Positions 38,263-50,657 of a DNA stretch of 64,000 nt are shown here, in pieces. The DNA comes from Piromyces finnis finn. Lineage: Eukaryota; Fungi; Neocallimastigomycota. The notes below the pieces were generated by a model that saw nothing but the letters and a program-made list of their open reading frames with translations, made no database searches and had not been told where the DNA came from. A program made the position numbers and the translations under genes. The stretch is taken from assembly GCA_002104945.1 (NCBI GenBank), contig MCFH01000005.1, positions 930,001 through 994,000 of the forward strand, given 5' to 3'. How positions within the stretch are numbered: the first letter of the stretch is position 1; the number at the start of each line of letters is the position of its first letter.

Positions 38263-39249
38263 ATTAAAAAAACTCATATTAAAATTACATTTAAATATTT
38301 TCTTTCAAAATTAGATTTATCTTTTATTAAAAAATTATCTGAACCTCCAGAAAATGAAATAAACATTATTGATGAATTCTTAAAGAAATCTGAACGTAAT
38401 GCTACGGATTTAGCAGAAAAATTAAATATTGATACCAATTTTATTTATGAAACTTGTGATTCTTTTAAAATTTCCTATTATACTTCTAATGAAGATGATG
38501 AAAGTAAAAGTAGTAAAAAAATAAAAATTTAATCAAAAAAATAAATGAAATAAAATTCAAATAAATATATGTAGCTAATTTTATAATTAATTTTATAATT
38601 TATTATAACAATAAAAAAAAAAAAAAAAAAAAAACAATATTTTCATTTATTATAAAAACAGAGTGAAAATATATATTTATATACACAACATAACACTATC
38701 GCATTGTATATTGCCATTGTCATTATATAATATTCAATTTCAGTATTTATACAACTGAATCGCTTGAATAATTTTTAAATATTTAAAAGTATAATTTACT
38801 ATGATTTTTAATATTTAATAAATAATTTTATTTTAATAAGCATAATGTATTATAAATTATTATAATTATATCTAATAAAAAAAAATTTAAAAATATATAT
38901 ATATCAGCATAGGCAAGAATCTTTAGTTTCTTACTAATTTATTCCTTTCTTAAAAAAATAAACTTTTGTAGTTAATTCATTCTTCCTATTTTTAAGTAAT
39001 CATAATATACCCATCTACTTCAAAAGGCTTTTTTTTTTTAGTTTCATTTATTCTTAATACATTTCTTTATTATGCATCACTTTTTTTTGTTCCAATAAAA
39101 TTAACAATAAAAATAACACACAAAGATGATTATGTTGGAGTCTTAAATTTTAAAAATAACACTCTAAATGCAACTCTATATACTATATACATAGTGTCTA
39201 AGAACTGTATATACCTCTATTAGTTAGCTCGTTTTTTGTGCTACCCCTT

Positions 39250-39562
39250 GGGAACGTGCCTTCATTTATTTAATATATGAAGTTTCTCAAGGGGGCTCTA
39301 TTCACGCTCATTATACTGAGAGAGTAGAAATAAATCCATGTATTACCGAATTTAAGTATTTGATGGATAAATTGAATATTTGGTATTTGGATAGTATTTA
39401 ATTAGAAGAAAAAATACATTTTGTTGCTGTGTTTTTTCTTTTATTCATATAGTACTACTCTTCTCTTTGTAAGAATTCAATGTAGTCAACTTTAGCATTT
39501 GCATTGTATTTTTTATATTCTTGTAACTATTGTTGAGTTGTTTCCTGTAAGAGATTGACTCA
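39250..39562 (-). pseudogene. Decayed coding remnant of unknown origin
   Basis: Higher-GC stretch; one minus frame reads as protein-like sequence with scattered stops (VNLLQETTQQ*LQEYKKYNANAKVDYIEFLQREE*...). No family recognised. Confidence 0.3.
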
Positions 39563-39589
39563 TTCTACATCATGAAAAAATACTCTTTA

Positions 39590-39647
39590 CAACGTTTCTT
39601 TAAGAACCACCATTGGGAGAAATGCACTTGGAAGTTAAAAAAAAAAA
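39590..39647 (+). mobile_element. 3'-terminal fragment of the SINE-like element
   Basis: CAACGTTTCTTTAAGAACCACCATTGGGAGAAATGCACTTGGAAGTT(A)11 matches the SINE 3' end, with an internal deletion between two TGG microhomologies. Confidence 0.85.
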
Positions 39648-39971
39648 TATTTCCGGTGTCGACATTTAATTCTGCTTTAAAATTTTACCAATTTAAATAT
39701 TTAATGAAAAGTAAAGTCAAATAATTTTAGTATGAAAAAGCGAATCGAATTTACTAACAACAAACCAAAACTAGAATATACAAAGAAAATTTACAACTTG
39801 AATTTCAAAAGAAACTCTTCTTAATCAAAGCATTGAAACAATTTTATGTACTATTCAGTGTACTTTTTAAAGAAGAAAGATACAGATTTTTTTTTCCCAT
39901 ATACATTATATTTCTAATTATTTATTAGTATTATTTTATATTTAATTTATTTTTAATTAGAATTAATTATC

Positions 39972-42900
39972 ATGTCAGTCCTTTATATTAAAGATAAGAA
40001 TTATATCAGATGTGGTACCAGCGCATATGGTATCTCCTTAGATAATATTAGCTCCTTTTTTATTCGTGGTATTCGATCATGGTCAGTTAGTAAGCTATGG
40101 GAAAAATTCGAGGTCATTCTGAAGGATAAATTTTAATTTAGTTAGTAGTAGTGTTTAAATAGTTTAAGAATTTCAATGATTACTTTTTCTTAGTCAAGGT
40201 TTATGGATCAACGAAAGATTGTATTAAAATATTATACATCTTAAGGAAGAAACTTTCCATTGCTTCAATTTCTTTTTCAGCTCGTAGTAAAAGGAATCAC
40301 AAATACACTTTTTCCACACTCAAACGTAAAATTTTAGTTTCTAATAAGCATCAACATTTAATTCAACAGTTGGTTCAACAATCTCATCAATATTCCTATC
40401 ATCAATCTAATCAAATTCAACTTCAGCAAGATCTTCAACAAGATTCTCAATATGAAAATATTCCAGACCTACAACAAACACAATTTCAACCTCAACATTC
40501 AACAATTAATTCTGATAGTTCTTTCAATTCCGATAACAGTTCAATAGTTGATAATTTTTCAGTTGCACAGCCATCTAGTTCAACTTATTCCTCTGATGCA
40601 CCATCCATTAATAATGATGACTATAATAATAATAATAATAGCAGCAGTGATTCTTCCTCATCCAACAAGCCCGATAACATTTTTTTTTGTCTTAGTTGGA
40701 ACACCAATGGGTGGAATCACAAGAAAAGAGATAGTATTGTTTATTTCACAGCTATTTTCAAACCATTATTTTTATGCTTTCAAGAAACTGATAATGGTTC
40801 TGGATCTAATACAAAATATCCTTGTCGTGTTACTTTACGAAACTATAGACACTTTTTCAAGAAAGCGAATGAATCAGTTCCTGGAATAAGAGGGTTTATA
40901 TTTAGGTATTCACAATTCGTACCAAGCCTCACTTGAAAACTTCTTATGTAAGTATATTATTTCTATTTATATTTTAAGCCTTTGGAATAGATTCAAATGC
41001 TCGAGGTAATCAATCTTCCGACATTGATCATGCTCTTGTCAATTCGAAAATAAAAGATCTTATTCACTCAGGATCATTTATAGATGATTTTTATCCTGTA
41101 TCAGATCATAAGCCATTCCTTTCTAATGGTAAATTTATTCCTATAGATGATTTTTCGATGATTTTTCTAATAACTTTAATGTTCCCAAGAAAATTCTGAA
41201 ATGGAATAGATTAAAATGTATTGAGGAAAAGGAATTTATTCTTAATCCATAATAAATTCCAAATACTTTTCAGCAAACCTCAATGATCCTAATGTTTCTA
41301 CAAATGAACTTTCCAAAGAGTTTACTTCAACTGTTTTTTTTTTTTAATTGCAGACGAACTCAGTATTACTTCAGTAAATAATGTTATAAAATCTTCATTT
41401 TCATATTTCACAATAAATTTTTAATCTCCAAAAAATCAAAATGAAGCTGTATAAGAAATTTAAAAAAGAAAGAATTTATGGTATAGATGAATTTATTAAA
41501 AAGAATTAAAATCTACCATAAGCTCATCGATTACATCCACAAAAGATGTAATGAGTATAGGAAACAAGAATATCTTCATTGGATTAAAACAGATTGTGAG
41601 TATATGAAGAGTCATAATCCTAAGAAGGACTGGAAATGGATCAAGAAAATTGGAAAAAATTCTTTCTTTATTGCTCAACCAATTAAAAATAAAAATGGAG
41701 ATTTAGTTGTTGCTACGGAAGAACAACTAGAAGTGTAACATGGCCATTTCGAAAATCATTCATCTGATCCAAGCAGTGTAAGTTTTTATTTGGAGCATTG
41801 GTATGAAGAACCAACGAATTAGCGTTTTTCATTCCCTAGGCTTGATGAATGGGATATTAACCAAGATATTAGTATTGATGAAGTCAAGTCAGCTATCCTC
41901 TCTACTCCAAATTATAAAGCATCAGGTCCAGATGGTATTCCAATTGAATTTTACAAAGCATTATTAATTCCTTCAAGTAATGATTCTAATAATGCTACAG
42001 ATAATAAATTCCTCTGGTAATGTCACTTCAGATAATGATGCTCATGATTTAAATTTTATTCTTAAATTATTCAATCGTATTTGGGATGGAGACTTCCCCA
42101 ACTCATAGAATGAATCCAGTATTGCTTCTATTCGAAGGGAGATTTTTCAAAATGTGATAACTATCGAGGTATATCACTTATCAATAATGGTATTAAATTG
42201 ATTTCAAAAATTGTCACTACTAGAATTTCAGAATATGGTCTTAAGAATAATTTCATTAGAACCCGAATAATTTGGTTTTCGTAAAAGTATTAGTCTTTTC
42301 ATTTCAATCCAAGAAATATGTCGTAGACGTCAATTAGATAATAAAGAGAGACATATTTAGCCTTTTTAGATCTCAGGAAAGCATACAATTCAGTCCCAAT
42401 CGGTAATATTCTCCATAAATTAGATTGTTTAGGAATCAGAAGTAAGAGTTTACAATTTATCAAAAATTTATATTTAACATATAAAACTAATTTCAAATTA
42501 GATGGTCAATTCTCGAAATCTTTTGGTGTGAAGAAAGGAGTCTGTCAAGGTTGCCCACTTTCTCTTATTCTTTTTCATCGCTTTATTAATGATATTTTTA
42601 AAGAGTGTGAAGAAGATCTCGGAGTTAGTTTAGGAGGCATTCGATGCTGTGGTGAACTATTTGCAGATGATATAGTTATTGTTATTTGTGTTCCATCAAG
42701 AAGATGCTTAAAAAAGTTGCTAAAAAAAAAAAAAGAAGAATTAACGAATGGGCGATGCCTAATGAAATGGAATTTGGTATCTGGAGATTAACGATGGTGA
42801 TTCGTTCCTGAATCAGTAGAAAATCAGAACAAGAAAGATCCAACAACTGATTGCTACACTTATCTTAGTGTTCCATTTGATAAAAATAATTTTTTTCCTT

Positions 42901-43786
42901 AAACCAGTTATTAAAACTCTTAATAATAAGGTTTTGGAAAGACTTTTTTCAATCAGTAGATTTTTAAGAAATCCTAATATTCCTATATTTCTTTCAAAAA
43001 GCTAGTACTTAACTCACAAGTGATCAGAAGAGTTTCATACTTTGCACCATTACTTAGATCCAACAAAGCTAGGTCTAGGATTGCTCAGAAGCATGTAAAC
43101 ATAGGAATACGACGGGTTGTAGGAGTTCATAAAGCTATATCGTTTATATCTCTATACTCTATTATTAATAATAATAATAGTAATAATAATAATGATGATG
43201 ATGATGTAATAATAATAATAATAATAATAATAATATTGTAGTAATAGAGATAGTGAAGATAATAATCCTAATTTAGATAATTATTTAGTTAATAATAATA
43301 ATAGTTCTAATAATCCGGTGAATACTAATGTGTATGATTATTCTAGTGTGTACAATAAAATATTTAAATCCCTTCTTGGGGGAAGAAGTTTTAACAATAT
43401 CAATTCCAATTCAAGAGAATAGTAAGAACTTTGTAAGTGTCTGATTCAATCGGGCACTAACGAAGGAATACCATTCTTGACGGTAACAGCGAAACTTTTA
43501 ACCAAAATCATGCCTTTTGTTATTGGTCAGCAATGGTCAAATGTTCAAAAGGTTTAAAGCAACATCCAAGAGCGTCAATGCTTAAGAAACAGTAAAAATA
43601 CAATTATCATACTTTAATATAATAGTGGTTTTCTTACTTGAATTAAAATTACTAGAATACATTATACCCAATTTTTATTCATTTGTTTTTATTTAAACCT
43701 ATTTTTTTTTATAACATGTATTATAATTTTAATTAAATTAATAATAAAGTTTAAAAATATTTGATGCCGTTAAAAAAAAAAAAAAA
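39972..43786 (+). mobile_element. Near-full-length but heavily decayed LINE (family 2, copy B): N-terminal domain, APE endonuclease, RT, 3' UTR, poly(A)
   Basis: APE motifs SWNTNGW, LCFQET and SDH; the RT region is nearly collinear with copy A; same 3' UTR ending GATGCCGTT(A)15. Many stops and frameshifts; knuckle region and part of the 3' end deleted; no TSD found; 5' UTR may extend to about 39650. Confidence 0.9.
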
Positions 43787-43982
43787 TGATTTAAAATATA
43801 ACAAACTCAAAAAAAAAAACTAGTTCATATATTTTGTATGATGACTAACTCCTTATTTTTTTTCACTCATGATTCACGAAAAATAATTGAACATTCCCGA
43901 TGCCTTAAAAAGGATTTAGAAAACAATCTCAAACTTTTTATGTAGTGTGCATGTGCATCCTGTTTTATAATATTTAAAAATG

Positions 43983-44026
<44 letters not shown>

Positions 44027-44104
44027 TATTAAAATTGGTAAAGATATATCCTATACTACTTAATCAATTAAAAAAAAAAAAAGGAAAATATGTTATTTCT
44101 CTAA

Positions 44105-44530
44105 AAAAAATAAACCCAAATATTCTTACTCCTTTTAAAAAAAAAATATCATTTAATTTAAAAATGGTTAATAATTTATCATATGGTGCCTCCATTACTT
44201 AATTCTAATAAAGCTAAATCTAGGATGGTTCAGAGGAATATATTGGTAAAAAGAATGTGATAGGTTGTAGGTGTTCATAATAACTGTATCATTTATATTC
44301 ATTGTGCTATAGTTCAAAAAATTTAAATATACTAGCCGTATTATCAACAAAATGTTTTTACATATTTCAATATAAATGGAAAATCTTTAAAAATATATAT
44401 ATATTACTATTTCCTATCACCTTGTCAATTACATTCTTAAATTTAGAAATGATATATGGAACATATTGAATGTAGGATTCACAGTAAAAAGAAAAATTAA
44501 AGAAATATAGGAAGATATTAAAGTAGTTAA
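44105..44530 (+). mobile_element. Old LINE family-2 remnant (post-RT region)
   Basis: Degenerate translation (NPNILTPFKK, LLNSNKAKSR, GVH, KWK, HLVNYILKFR) parallels copy A NPNIPIPFKK, LLGSNKARSR, GVHK, KWKN, HLVNYIPKFR. Confidence 0.7.
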
Positions 44531-44655
44531 AATTGTTTATTAGAAATCTAAATAATGCTTTGATGAGAAAAGAAAAAACCCATTAAAATATAAATTAATA
44601 TAGAACTTTTTTTAAAAATAATTTTATTTTTTCAACAAATATTATATATCTAATG

Positions 44656-44687
<32 letters not shown>

Positions 44688-45638
44688 GTTAACAAATAAC
44701 CTAATTCCATAATATTCATTAGTACTGATCTTTATCTTTTTTTTTTTTTTGTTTTTGAAACTAAAAAAAAAAAAGAAATATAATAATAGATACTATAGAG
44801 TATTCAAATTATTTAATAAAATTTAACATTCTTCTATTTAAAAATATTTTTACTTGTATATGAAGTGTTTCTTGCTTTTTTTTTTTGTTTGTTTTTAAAT
44901 ACTTTTAAGTTTTATTTAAATTATTATATTAAAACAGTAACTTAACTATAGATAGCTTTTATTATACAAATATATAAAATAATTTATTGTCATTATTTCA
45001 ATAAAATAATAATATACATTTTTTTTTTTTTTTTTTTTAATTTGATAATTGTAAATATATAGTAATAATTCTTTAGATAGGAGAATTAATAATACATTTT
45101 ACATTTTTAAAATGTTGATTTATAAACATATAAATATATATCTATTATAAAGATTATACATATTTATTTTTTTCTTTTTTACTTTTCATCTTTTATTAAA
45201 ATAAAATTAATAAAAGAATGTTAAAAAGAAAAAGAAAAAAAAAAAAAAAACTAGATTATGTGAAGGCATAAAAAAAAAAGTTTTATAATGATTATTTTTT
45301 TTTTTTTAATATAAAAATTACTTAGTTTTTTAATCTAAATAAATAAATAAATAAATAATATTTTATTAATAATACTGAAAAAAAAAAAAAAAAATACTAC
45401 TACTACTACTAATAAAAAAATAAATAAATATTTTAAATGAAACTATTTTATCTATTCTAATAATTTTAATTTTTTTTTTTAAAAAAAAAAAAAGTTATTA
45501 AATATTTGTTTGTTTGTTCATTCTTTATACCAAACTGTATATATTTTTGTATTCCCAATTTCATTTCCCCTGTTTATTTTTGTTTTTTTCTCTTTTTATA
45601 AAAAAAAAGAGGGATATAAACTTATAAATCTAATCGTA

Positions 45639-47231
45639 CTAATTAATAGAATCATTTCTTATTGTATTATTTACTGTAATGGATTCCATTTTTGTAGGAT
45701 TCATAAGATCTAATTTATTAGAGTGGGTATCCTTGATCATTAAATCCTCTACTTTTATGGTATCTTTTTGATTTATATTATCAATAATGATATTTTCCAT
45801 ATTGGTATGATCCTTATAATAAATATTATCATTTCTTAATGGATAATCAAGCTTTGTGGTTTCTTTTTGAAATGATGGTGGTGAAGTTAGTTTAAATGAA
45901 TTATCAACTTGACTAATATTATCACCAACAACAATAGTTTGATGAGTTGTACTTAATGATAATGATGTGCTAGCACCATCTTTGATATATTTATCACCTC
46001 GGTCAATAACAAGATTAAAATTAGGATCATTTTGAATTTCTTCTAATCTTAATGAATTCTTATGATTAACTTCTGTAGCAACATCTGTATCAGTACCATC
46101 ATAAGTATTCATTATTATAACTTCATTTTCTAATTTGGTAATATCTGTTTGACCTGTATCATCCATTACAGATGTATTGCTTTGTTTAGTAATGTCATTC
46201 ATTTCATTGACCTTGTTATTATTAATACTATTTATCGTGGCTTCATCCAATTGAATAAATTCGTTTTGACTTAAATAATCATCCATCACTACATTTCGTA
46301 TAGAATTACTTTGAGCAGGTTCGATCATTCCAGCATCAATATCAATATCAACATAGACATTTTGACTTGAACTAATTTCAGATATCATTTTCATTTTTGT
46401 GCTACTCTTATCATTATCATCTTTGTTTTGATTTTTCTTATTTTTCTTATTATTATTATCATTATTATTATAATGGTGGTGATGGTGGTAGTAGTAGTGA
46501 TTATGGGTAATGTTATAAAAATACTTACTTGTACTACTTTTACGAAATACAGAATGTTTTTTAAACATTAAAATACAGCATACAAGAAGAAGAAGACAAC
46601 ATACCCAAATTGCTCTCATCTCCATAGCCTCTGATAATATTCCACCAACACCTGAACCTATAGCAAATGTAACAATAACACCATAATAATAATACATTCT
46701 TACTCTAGCCTCTTTATTTTTATCTCGTACACTCACTGATAAACTTTCCATTGCACAACGAAGATTACCAATACACATAGTACTAGCATATACAAATCCA
46801 TGAACTGTTTTGAACGCTTCTACTTGCATAGCACATGACAAAGATACCAATGATGATGCTAGCATATTATAATTACTAGGAATAAATCCTACAGCAAAAA
46901 GGATTACTACTTCTAAAAATAGGACTACCTGCCTCCAATGAATTTTTATATGTCCTTTATATTTATTATGAGCAATATAACCTATATATTCTGTAATTAA
47001 AATACCCAATGCAAAAGCTGATACTGGTGCCAAGTATTGTAATGCTTCTTTAAAATATCCTGTCATAAATAATTTACTCATAATAACGACATTTCCTGTT
47101 TGTGCATTTGCAAATACTTTATCTCTTGAATAATAAGTATACGCATCTTGAAGACCTCCTGAAAATGACAGTATTGCACTAACTAAAAATGTTTCTGAAG
47201 TTTGCTGTTTTCTGCTGGGTTCAATACTCAT
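45639..47231 (-). CDS. YoaK/DUF1275 family membrane protein with a long low-complexity C-terminal extension
   Basis: Intronless 530-aa ORF: SETFLVSAILSFSGGLQDAYTY...VFANAQTGNVV, CAMQVEAFKTVHG..YASTMCIGNLR, FAIGSGVGG and six predicted TM segments in the first ~225 aa. Confidence 0.88.
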   Translation of the reverse strand: MSIEPSRKQQTSETFLVSAILSFSGGLQDAYTYYSRDKVFANAQTGNVVIMSKLFMTGYFKEALQYLAPVSAFALGILITEYIGYIAHNKYKGHIKIHWRQVVLFLEVVILFAVGFIPSNYNMLASSLVSLSCAMQVEAFKTVHGFVYASTMCIGNLRCAMESLSVSVRDKNKEARVRMYYYYGVIVTFAIGSGVGGILSEAMEMRAIWVCCLLLLVCCILMFKKHSVFRKSSTSKYFYNITHNHYYYHHHHHYNNNDNNNKKNKKNQNKDDNDKSSTKMKMISEISSSQNVYVDIDIDAGMIEPAQSNSIRNVVMDDYLSQNEFIQLDEATINSINNNKVNEMNDITKQSNTSVMDDTGQTDITKLENEVIIMNTYDGTDTDVATEVNHKNSLRLEEIQNDPNFNLVIDRGDKYIKDGASTSLSLSTTHQTIVVGDNISQVDNSFKLTSPPSFQKETTKLDYPLRNDNIYYKDHTNMENIIIDNINQKDTIKVEDLMIKDTHSNKLDLMNPTKMESITVNNTIRNDSIN

Positions 47232-47479
47232 TCTATATTTTAATTATTATGAATTGGCTTTTTTGAAATTAATCAGCGATAAAATTAATCAAATAATAAC
47301 AATAATATAATAAAAACAGTCTTATTATATTATACTTCTTGTTTAATTTTTTATTCAATTATCGATTTTATATCAATATTATTTCGCTATATATATATAT
47401 ATATTTTTGTGATGGTAAACTATTATGTTGAGTAATTTGTTTTTTTTATAATCAATCTATCTTGATAAAATAGTACCTG

Positions 47480-47519
<40 letters not shown>

Positions 47520-48510
47520 AATTATTTTTATTAATTACTATTGTTGTGGTGTAAATGTATATTTAAATTTTTATTTCATTAAATAGCATAGTTTATATAT
47601 ATGAATGAATTTATTATTTTATCTATATTCCATTCACATATAAATAAATATATGAATATATCAATTTTTTATATCATTAAAAAGATAAAAACTTTTTTTT
47701 TATAATGAATACAAATTTAAACTTTATTATGTTACTATTGAATTTTTAAAGTAACATAAAGATATTTCTTTTTTTTTTTTTTTTTTGCAAGGATTTGTTT
47801 TATACCATAGCAATAATAATAAAAAAAAATATATTTTTTTCAATTTTATATATAATTTTTTTTTTTTTTTATAACTCTCCTTTTTTTATCTTTTTCTATT
47901 TTAAATATTTTTTTAAGTTTTTGATAAAAATAAAATTATACATTTAATATATTTTTAATATTAAAAAACAATATATTTAAATATTTTATTTATGATACAA
48001 TTTATTTATAATATATTGATAATATATAATATTTAATATACTTTTTCAAAAAAATTTTTTTTTTTTTTTGAATCTTTTATAGAATTAAAAAAAAGGAAAA
48101 ACAGGTAAAAACTTTATTAATGTTGTTGGAAATGTAACATTTTCCAATTGCAAGAATTAAATTTCTTTTTAATAATAAATAAAAGAAGAACGTAGTAAAA
48201 AAAGAAAAACTATGAATTATTGTTTTATTTATTATGTGTATTATATTTATAGTATTAATTTTTTTTTTACAATTTAATAATAATTATAAAAAAAATAAAG
48301 TAAAATTAAAAGAATTCAAATTAGAAAAAAAGCTTTTTTTTTGTCTTAATCACTCTTTTGCATAAAAAAAGAAAAACAATTTTTAATAAAGATATAAAAT
48401 ATGATAAATAAATATTTGACAGGAATTCAATATGCAGATAAAAGAATTATAATAAATTTATTGTGATAATTATTTTATTAAAAGTAAAGAATTTGACTAT
48501 TATGTTTTTT

Positions 48511-48512
48511 AG

Positions 48513-48575
<63 letters not shown>

Positions 48576-48576
48576 C

Positions 48577-48611
<35 letters not shown>

Positions 48612-48612
48612 T
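48511..48612. repeat. (ATTT)n microsatellite
   Basis: Directly visible. Confidence 0.95.
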
Positions 48613-50227
48613 GTGTTATGTTAATTTCGTTTTTTATTTTAAACTTTTTCTTTCAATATTTAAAAATAAAATGACCTTTTTTAAAAAACATATGAATATT
48701 TTATAATATATTTAATAGCTCTATTTATCACTTTAATAATCATTTCTCTCTTCATTATTCAAAAATTACAATAATTATATTTTCATCTTTAAAAATTAAA
48801 TATAATAAAAATAACAAAGGTATTTTTTTTTTTTTTTAATATTAATTATAAAGACAAAAAAAAAATAAACTGTTTTTCTACATAAATTATTATTAAACTG
48901 TAATTTTATTACTAATTTCTTAGTCCATAGTCCATACTACTATTATTTTAATCCTCTCTTTCATATTAAACCTATCATTAATAAAAGTAATTTATTATGC
49001 TAAATTGAAAAACATAAAGTAGTTTCTCTATATATATTATTTATTATTTTTTATTATGAATTTTTTTTTTTTTTTCTATTTTTCTTTATGTTAATAATTT
49101 GTTAACTCGAAGGAAAAGATGTTATTTATACATAAATACTATAATATAAAATAAATACAAATGTTAATACTAGATTTATTTATTATATCAAACTTCAAAA
49201 AATTATAATAATAATAATTTTATAATTTTATAAAAATAAATATTGTAGAGAAAGAAAAATGATAGAAAATAAAATATTAATATTTAAATATAGTTTCATT
49301 ATATTATGTTAAATATTAAGGATTTATGAAAATTATGAAAATAGTATTTAAAAAAAAATAAAAAAACAATTTCAACCTTTTTTTTCTTTTAATTCATAAA
49401 GTAAGATAATACTTTTATATATTTTATTTTTCTTAATTCTGTTAATAGTATTTTAAAAAAAAAAAAAAAAAGTATAATATTTACACCTTTACAATGATTA
49501 TTATTTATAACTGACACTAAAAAAAGTTTAAAGTTTTATTAATTTTTAAGATTTATTATAATATTTATTTTTTAAAGTCATTCTTATACACATTAACAAA
49601 TTATCTAGTAAAATTATATATTGATTATTATTTACCCATCAAAATTAAATGTAAAATAGATAGAGAAAAAAATATAAAATGTTGTTTTTTTTTTATTCAT
49701 AAACATATAAAATATTATTTTATTATTGTTATTTTATGATGATTAAACTAAAGCAAGTGTGTATGGTCTGTTTATAAAATTTTGATTATCTTAAAAAAAT
49801 TATTTACCTACTCTATGTTTAATTTTTAATATATAAATTTATTAAAAATTAAAGTTTTCATTTAAAATTTTAAAATTATATTTTAATTTTCAAAACCAAG
49901 TTAATATTTAAAAAACGTTAACTTTTTTTATATTCGGTTTTTATTAAATGTTATAATATATATAATTAATAATAAAAAAAAAACAATCCTATTATTTTAC
50001 ATATTTTCCTATCTTATTTAAGTTGTTATTGTTTTTATCTAATTTTTAAACTATTGTAAAAACATATTTAGAAAATTTTTAAATTTTGTTTTTCTTTTTT
50101 TATTTTTTATTTATTCCTACTTTTAACAATAAAAGTATACTTTATCAACAACAATAGAGTAAATACAAAATAAAATTTTAACTATAAAAATATAATTATT
50201 ATCTAATAAAAAAAATTAAAAGAAAAA

Positions 50228-50619
50228 ATGTCATCTGTTGCTGGTGGTTATTTTGCTCCAAAAGATTCCTGTCCACCAAAGGCAGGCGCTTTCCGTAAGA
50301 GAGTCCCAAATGATTCCAGCAGTAATTTCTTTATATATATATATATATATATTATATCATCTTATAAATATAATTATTTATTAATTTTGTCAATGTATGA
50401 ATGATGAATTAAACAAATATATACCTTTTTATTTATATATATATATATATACATTAATATACTATTGATAAAATATTAATAAATGAAAAATGATAACAAT
50501 GGAATAAAATTTAATTAAAAAGTGAATGTTTGTACTAGCTTTAGAAGATTATACGATAGAAATGACTTCCCAATATCAATCATGCATGATGCAAAGGGAA
50601 ATAAAATTAATTGGAAGGT

Positions 50620-50657
<38 letters not shown>

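Larger units (their letters stand above)
35152..38532 (+). pseudogene. Rpn-family / PD-(D/E)XK nuclease 'transposase' (PDDEXK_2-like) gene, internally deleted and interrupted by a LINE
   Basis: N-part 35152-35360 reads IIIRPIVDIVFKRLFGYENNKEILVHFLNSIL (two +1 frameshifts, one stop). C-part 37861-38532 is open: LWIKLL...YKEARAELLLLQDDENFKKEYNNR...EG-G repeats. The two parts join in frame across the TSD; no catalytic DI...IEIQ core is present. Confidence 0.8.
34993..38839. repeat. 50-bp perfect direct repeat at 34993-35042 and 38790-38839, bracketing the Rpn-like gene
   Basis: TATAATTTACTATGATTTTTAATATTTAATAAATAATTTTATTTTAATAA occurs at both positions; similarity continues about 15 nt further with a 4-nt indel. 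Confidence 0.85.
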
